Below, in pieces: positions 57,401 through 64,000 of a stretch of 64,000 bases of DNA. The translations under genes were made by a program, and so were the position numbers. Every line of letters starts with the position of its first letter. Within the stretch, counting starts at the first letter, position 1. The notes under the pieces were generated by a model. It did no database searches. It was not told the origin of the DNA and saw only the letters and a list, made by a program, of their open reading frames with translations. Source of the stretch: Azolla caroliniana (lineage: Eukaryota; Plantae; Polypodiophyta); contig JBHGNT010000003.1 of NCBI GenBank assembly GCA_043228905.1, forward strand, positions 23,994,001 through 24,058,000, written 5' to 3'.

Positions 57401-60400
57401 AACTTGATGATATAACTGATTTGCTTTGGCTTGGGGTTCATGTGTCTTGGTTTGGTTTTAGCCTTTATGGACTTGATGGTTTATGGTTTACCCAACGTCA
57501 AGCCACGACTAACAACTTAATGGTTTAACGGCTTAATTATTTAGACAAACACTAACAATTTGAACCCTAACAATTCTCTTAAAGTTTAGTTTTCAAAAAA
57601 TATCCTTTGAAAATCGAGTGTACTATCAACAATAACTTAGTTTGAGTCAAAAGCAAACCAAGAAACCAAAGCTTAATGGCATTATTAATTTGTACTCTAT
57701 TGAACAATTTGGTTTGAGCTTTAAAATCCCTTAAACATTTTCATTTGTATGGTTTCGGTTTTAAACGTTTAAAGGTTATGTGGCTTCATTTAAGTTTCAG
57801 CTTTCTAAATAGTTTGAGTTTGAGACTCCCAAATCATTGCATGGTAATAACCATATTTGGGTTTGCTAATAAATAGACTTGTTGCATGGTAATAACCATA
57901 TTTGTAGATTGCCTTTGGCATTGTTAATTTTAATACCAATGGAGCATATTTTTTATGGAAAAAAAAAAAAAAACTTGTTGGGCATACTTGTATTTCTTTG
58001 TTCATTCTCTTATGTTTTTCTAATCTAACATTCACTCTCCTCTCCTTATTCACGTTATTTTCCGTTGGCATCAAAGCATCCTTGTATAGAAAAGTTCATG
58101 AGGGAATGTATGAACAATCAAAGCTTGAGCATGTGGCTATTCAATAATCTCATTTGTCATTGTTACATACAAACATAGGAATGGGTGATATGGCCCTAAT
58201 TTTGACTATGAAAAATCTAAGACAAATTGGAAGTCTAGAAATTGAATTTGAGTCTTGAGAGTGTATAAAACTACCATCTCCAAACATAACTATCATGCAA
58301 TACATGAATATATGGATGACTAGGATATCCTTTGTTTTCATGAAATACATGCAATGTGAATGAACTATGACCATAGATAGGGTACACATGGTGGGTACTT
58401 TCCTGGGAAAGTGGGAGACATTGAGATGGATGCGAAGTGATATTCAAGCAAAATACCTTGAAATTACAGCAATTTGAGATTCATCCTACAACCTAACAAC
58501 ACCTAGGAATTCAGAAGTTCATCCTTGTTAAGAAACCAATGCCGGCAGTAAATGGGGCGACATTGACCATGAATCCCGCCTTGTTGTGTTCCTTATATAA
58601 AGTTAAGATATTTTCTTTGAAAATTTCTGTCATGCATTAAGTGTGGAAAACAAGGGCGTCCAAAATTTCTTTCTTCTTAGAAAATAGAGGGGAATGACAA
58701 AGCTTTAATGGCATTAAAGAATGATTGCAATGCAAGGAAGATACAATAACACTATGTTGTACCATAGAATCCTTGGGAAGGGATCACACTATAGAGAGAA
58801 TGATTGGGGCCTTGGAGAGGAATAACATAATCTCATTCTACCTCGAGATGAGCAGGCATATTGGCAATACCTTGATGAACAAACCTACATAGATTAAATA
58901 CACTATGAATTGTGCTTATTTTGTAGAATTCTTAGTAGCCCACATAATGTATAATAGCCCATTTCCAATTTGCTACGTTACAAACCATGTTGACATAGAG
59001 GAGAGGTGTTTGAAAAGAGGAAGTGTTAGAGTAATCTTGATCTTGATTCGAGCTTAGCGTTTCTTGTACAACATCTCCATGAATTAATCTTCAAAGGACC
59101 ATTTCCCATAGAGCAATCTTCACAATATCAATAAGATTGCTTATATTCATCCTCTATAGCTTCTAAAATTGAAAACACCACTCGTCTAGAGAAAACACAT
59201 TGGCCTCAATAAAGATTACTTATTATGAATCATCATTTGCTAAAAAGAAACTTCAAATTAGCTACAACAATATCATTATGAGTGTAAATAATGCTAACAT
59301 TATATCCTCAAAGCCCATGCAAGTATTCAATGTAGAAGGAACTATGTGTAATATTAATTGCGTCAAGTATATCAATTAATAAGTTGGGCAGACAATGGTT
59401 GTTATCATCCACCCACGCGAATCGTGATCCCTAATTAGAGCTTATGTGGTGTTAAAAACATATGCTAGAGTGGACAACTTCAACTAAAGATTATATACTA
59501 GATGCACTCATTATATGGGACTAAGAACTATTTGTTACTCCTTCAATCATCCGGTGAGTATCAATCTATCTTGTGTGGTATCTATAATAATGAATAAGTC
59601 CAAAAAACTCAAGTGGTCAAACCTTATGTATCTTGTTTGGTGCCAAAATCTCCCAAAACATGACACAAATAAGTGTATATGGGCCATGGATGGTTAAGTA
59701 TCACTCTCTTCTTTTTTACCCATAAAAACATCCTCCATTGGTATTAACATAAAGTGGTCAAAGGCAATATACAAAACAATCCACTATTACAAAGAATATT
59801 GCAACATATTTAACTAGAAAACTATTGAACACTCATGTAGGTTCAGCAATCCAGCCACATTTAGCATCCATATCAAGCAAGGAATTCTCACCAACAACAC
59901 TGGGTTCAAAAAACCCCCTCTTTTTACAAGCTGAATATGGATTTTTGGCCTTTAACACTAGGTTAAGTATCACTCTCTTGAATCCTCTCAAAATGCAAAC
60001 ATTAAAAAGCTGGCCAACAATATGTGCAAAAGCAATACTATGTTTGGAGGGTTAGTTAAGTTTGTGGAGAACATGTATCCCATGCTCAAAAGTACATGCC
60101 TACCATATGGTAACCAAGTAAAAGTTAACACTATGAGGATAGTTTACAAAAAATGACACGTGTTAAAGCATGCGGTGGAAGCATTGCAAATTTGTATTTG
60201 TACATCATATAAGAGACTTTGGATGTCACCACCAATTCAATATACCAATTTATTCTTTTTTATTTTCTTGAATAATGGAATCATAATTATTAATTCAATG
60301 CTCATATAAACGTGACAATGTAGTGGACTAAAGCTTCTGCTCATCTTAAGGTTGTGAATTAAAGTCGTCTCTAATGGAACATTCATTGCACAGGACTTTG

Positions 60401-61882
60401 GCTTCCATTAAAAAAATAATTTCAAATGCTAAGCTTGAGATCATGCTCACTAAACAATTGATCCTAAAGAGCTACATTCCGAATTCTCTTTACACTTTTG
60501 TAGGGTTAATATGATAACCTTGATGTATAAATGCAATGCTCACAACAATTTTACTCGTATAGGGATTGGGTTATGGGTATAAGTTAGAGTTGAAGCTATG
60601 ATGAGTCTATCATCTAGTTGGGTCTTCAGGGAGGATAAAGCAAATGTTTTAAGGTGGCTCCAACTTGGTTGGTTCGAAGGTCCATAACAATTTAAGAAAT
60701 CCAAGTTTGGACAATCGCATGGGTGACCTCATGGACAATCTATTCCCAAAAGCAATGGGATTTTGAAACATAAATTATTCATCCAATTCTATGTTAACTC
60801 TCTAAGCTAGTCCAAGGTTTGCGAGATTGCTTCAATTCTGACTACATTGGATGTTCCTATCGCCTTAAGAGGTCAGAGTTAGCACTAGTCGGGGAACTAT
60901 AAGAAGTCTCTCCCACAATTTTATGCATTGTTGATAGAACCCATGCGGCATAAAAAAATGCAAGGATTTGGACAACTAGAACCTTCTAAATTCGTGCCAA
61001 CCCAGGAAAGTTGTCGAGAGAATCCATTGGTCACTAGATCCTTCTAAATTTGTGCCATCCCAAGAAAATCGTCCAAAGAATCCATTGGCCACCAACTAAT
61101 GCAAGTAACTCACTTCATCAATGTATGGTTGGGTAGATTATCACATAACACATACATAGGCCAAATATCTATGCAATCCACATAACAAAATGTCCCAAAA
61201 TTACTCCTTGCCACAAAGGCGATCATTCTTCGCAATGAATTGACCATAGGCAAAGGTAGCTAGCAATGTTACATGGCAACTTGTTTTCACACCATGTTGC
61301 ACGATTATTTCCGGATTTTCGAGTTCCCTTCGTTCAATGCCATTAGAAATGTTGTGTCGATACGAACAAATGGACCCTAGGGCTGGGTGTTTGGTAGTTT
61401 CATCGTTCCATGGTGGGATGGACACCGTTGATTTCCATTGAAACCAAGTAAGTGAAGCTAAATCAAGGTATAAAGCGAAGCTATAAATAAAGCTTCTTAT
61501 ATGCAACTTTCCAAATCAGCCCTCCCTGTGAACCCTTCCTTTTTAAGGTTTTACATGTGGAGATAGATGCTAGGGTATGTATATGTGCATGTGTAATGGA
61601 TCCATCTGTTAATCGTACCCAAGGGCCAAAATCAACTGATCTTGATCTCCAGAGAGACCCACCCATCATTATCACCATCACCATCACCGCCTTATATGCG
61701 GTCATCATTGAATTCCGGATGTTTTCCCTCTCACCTTCTTCCATCGAGCTTTAATGGCGGTCACATCTTCCCTCCCCCCCCCCCCCCCCCTCTGTCTCCC
61801 TCTCTCTCTCTCTTAGAGAGTTATATATTATACATTGACATGGCTCTATAAGAAGATGTAATAGAAGGAGAAACATTCGAGT

Positions 61883-61883
<1 letters not shown>

Positions 61884-61925
<42 letters not shown>
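61884..61925. repeat. (GA)n microsatellite upstream of the KCS gene
   Basis: About 20 GA units. Confidence 0.9.
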
Positions 61926-61926
<1 letters not shown>

Positions 61927-62702
61927 ATTTAACAGTGCAGAAGATATGGCATTTTAGGGCCATCTAGAAAGTGGATTAGAGTTTCAATTAAAGAAAGTGA
62001 ATTAGGTTTTTCAAATCAAGCAGTGCCAGTTTTAGGTTTCATTCGAAAGTCGCGCAAGAAGGAGGATTCTATGAAGAAGGTGGATTAGAGAGGTTCATTA
62101 AGAAAGCGGATTAGGGATTGAACAGTCAAGCAAGAGTTAGAGTTCAACAAGAATGCGGATCAGGGTTTCAAATAAAGCAGTGGGGCTCTAGGGTGTTCCA
62201 TGAAAGTGCGTTCTGGTTTCAGAAGTCAAGAAAAAATTAGGGCTTTTTAAATCAAGCAGTGGCGTTAGGCTTTCAAATCGATCAAAGACTAGGACCTTGA
62301 ATCTGTCAAGGATTAGAACCTTGATTCTGTCAAGGATTAGGAGTTTCAAAATCAATAAATTTTTTAGAGCTTCAAAGATTAAGGGAGATTGAAAATCAAA
62401 ACTAAGATCTAAAGGTTTCAAATCAAGCAAAAGATTAGAGCTTGAAAATCAGGCAAGCATAAAGTCAACAACTCCTTGCAAAAGGTGCTTTTAGGGTTTC
62501 CAAACAAAAAGATTTCTGGGCCTCAAAATCTATACAAGGTTTTAGTGTCTCAAATCTTTTAACAATCCAAGCAAGGGGATATTCTTTCTATCAATTAACA
62601 TAACATTGGTGACTTCTACCAAAGGTTACGATTTTGCAATCTTCAACTAAAGAAGTTTAGGGCTTTCAATCAGAAAGCAAGCATAAACATTTATCAAGAA
62701 GA

Positions 62703-64000
62703 ATGGTGAAACTAGAAGATCAGTCTCTTCTGGCCACTGAGATAACTCCTAATGGGTCAATGAGCTTCTCGGTCCGTGTGCGTCGCCGCCTCCCCGACTT
62801 CCTTCAATCAGTGAACCTCAAGTATGTAAAACTGGGATATCATTATCTGATAAGCCATGGTGTCTACCTCTTCACCATCCCTACCCTCCTTGTGGCTTTC
62901 AGTGCTGAGGTTAGTACTCTCTCTATTCAAGACATCTCTCAATTGTGGGAGCACTTTGAATTCAATCTCTTAAGTGTCATGGTTTGCTCTGGAGCTTTGG
63001 TGTTCATAATAACACTCTACTTCATGACTTGCCCGAGAGATGTTTATCTCGTGGATTTCTCTTGCTTTAAGCCACCTGAAGAGCTGAAACTGAGTAGAGC
63101 TAGATTCCTGGAAAATGCAAGAGAGAAGGGTAAATTCAATGAAGCTAGCTTGGAGTATATGAAGAAGTTTATGACTAGGTCTGGACTGGGTGAAGAGACA
63201 TATTTGCCTAAAGATTTGTTTGATTCCAAACCAAGTATGAGAGCAGGAAGAGATGAAGCGGAAATGGCCATGTTCTCAGCCCTTGATGAACTTTTCCAAA
63301 AGACTAGAATTAAACCCAAGGATGTGGGTATACTTGTGGTGAATTGTAGCCATTTTAATCCTACCCCTTCACTTTCAGCTATGATAATAAATCACTATAA
63401 GATGAGGGGTAATATACTAAGCTTCAATGTAGGTGGTATGGGATGTAGTGCCGGTATTATAGCACTTGATTTGGCTAATGATATGCTTCAAGCACATGGT
63501 AGATCTTATGCTGTGGTGGTTTCTACTGAAAGTATGACAATGAGCTGGTACATGGGCAATAAGAGATCAATGCTTTCTCCCAACTGTTTGTTCAGACTTG
63601 GCGCGTCTGCTGTACTTCTCTCTAACAAGAGATCAGATAGGAGGAGAGCAAAATACAAGCTTTCTCACATTGTAAGAACACACAAAGGAGCTGATGACAA
63701 GAGCTATAGATCTATATACCAAGAAGAAGATGAAGATAAAAACAAAGGTGTATCCCTCTCTCCGGACCTCATTGAATTGGCGGGAGATGCAATCAAGACA
63801 AACATTACCACAATGGGTCCTCTTGTATTGCCATTATCTGAACAAATCCTCTTCCTAGCTGCCCTTTTTTGCAAGAATGTGCTCAATATTAAAGGGATGA
63901 AGCCATATATACCCGATTTCAAACTTGCATTTGAGCATTTTTGCATCTACGCGGGGTCAAAACAAGCGCTAGATGAGATGGAAAAGAATTTAGGTCTTTG
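62703..64000 (+). CDS. FDH: 3-ketoacyl-CoA synthase, FIDDLEHEAD/KCS10-like; 3' end beyond the window (absent from the ORF track)
   Basis: Manual translation: [14 protein letters not shown]...[31 protein letters not shown]...LLVAFSAEV; [15 protein letters not shown]; GMGCSAG; [14 protein letters not shown]. Confidence 0.88.
   Translation, partial: MVKLEDQSLLATEITPNGSMSFSVRVRRRLPDFLQSVNLKYVKLGYHYLISHGVYLFTIPTLLVAFSAEVSTLSIQDISQLWEHFEFNLLSVMVCSGALVFIITLYFMTCPRDVYLVDFSCFKPPEELKLSRARFLENAREKGKFNEASLEYMKKFMTRSGLGEETYLPKDLFDSKPSMRAGRDEAEMAMFSALDELFQKTRIKPKDVGILVVNCSHFNPTPSLSAMIINHYKMRGNILSFNVGGMGCSAGIIALDLANDMLQAHGRSYAVVVSTESMTMSWYMGNKRSMLSPNCLFRLGASAVLLSNKRSDRRRAKYKLSHIVRTHKGADDKSYRSIYQEEDEDKNKGVSLSPDLIELAGDAIKTNITTMGPLVLPLSEQILFLAALFCKNVLNIKGMKPYIPDFKLAFEHFCIYAGSKQALDEMEKNLGL

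Noticed and set aside
55300-61500. Possible ancient LINE, DNA-transposon or MITE remnants, and a duplication of about 58 bp near 60977-61092
   Set aside because: Only weak motif hints; no ORF, terminal repeat or TSD that I can support without a search.

Overview
Eukaryotic land-plant genomic DNA; the element mix suggests a fern or other non-seed plant, which is inference only. Positions 1-48.6 kb are one retrotransposon nest, five levels deep, which I resolved from LTR termini, primer-binding sites (PBS), polypurine tracts (PPT) and target-site duplications (TSDs). The outermost host is a decayed Ty1/copia (G, 46018-48592). It holds a chromodomain Ty3/gypsy (E), which holds a Ty1/copia (F) and a tRNA-Trp-primed non-chromovirus Ty3/gypsy (D). 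Four more copies of that gypsy lineage (A1, A2, B, C), a Tnt1/Tork-like copia and a Penelope-like element (PLE) are nested inside these. The right end carries an SD2-type G-lectin receptor kinase, an inverted partial copy of it, and a FIDDLEHEAD/KCS10-like gene that runs off the window. Main observations: (1) a PLE reverse transcriptase with no C-terminal endonuclease and a minimal type I hammerhead ribozyme in its 3' region; (2) a -1 ribosomal frameshift cassette (G_GAU_UUU_UAG plus H-type pseudoknot) between protease and RT, conserved in four gypsy copies; (3) 4-bp target sites centred on CpG for that lineage; (4) a heat-shock-element array in the chromovirus LTR; (5) Tyr in place of the catalytic His of the KCS. 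All structures were read by eye; no searches or folding programs were run.
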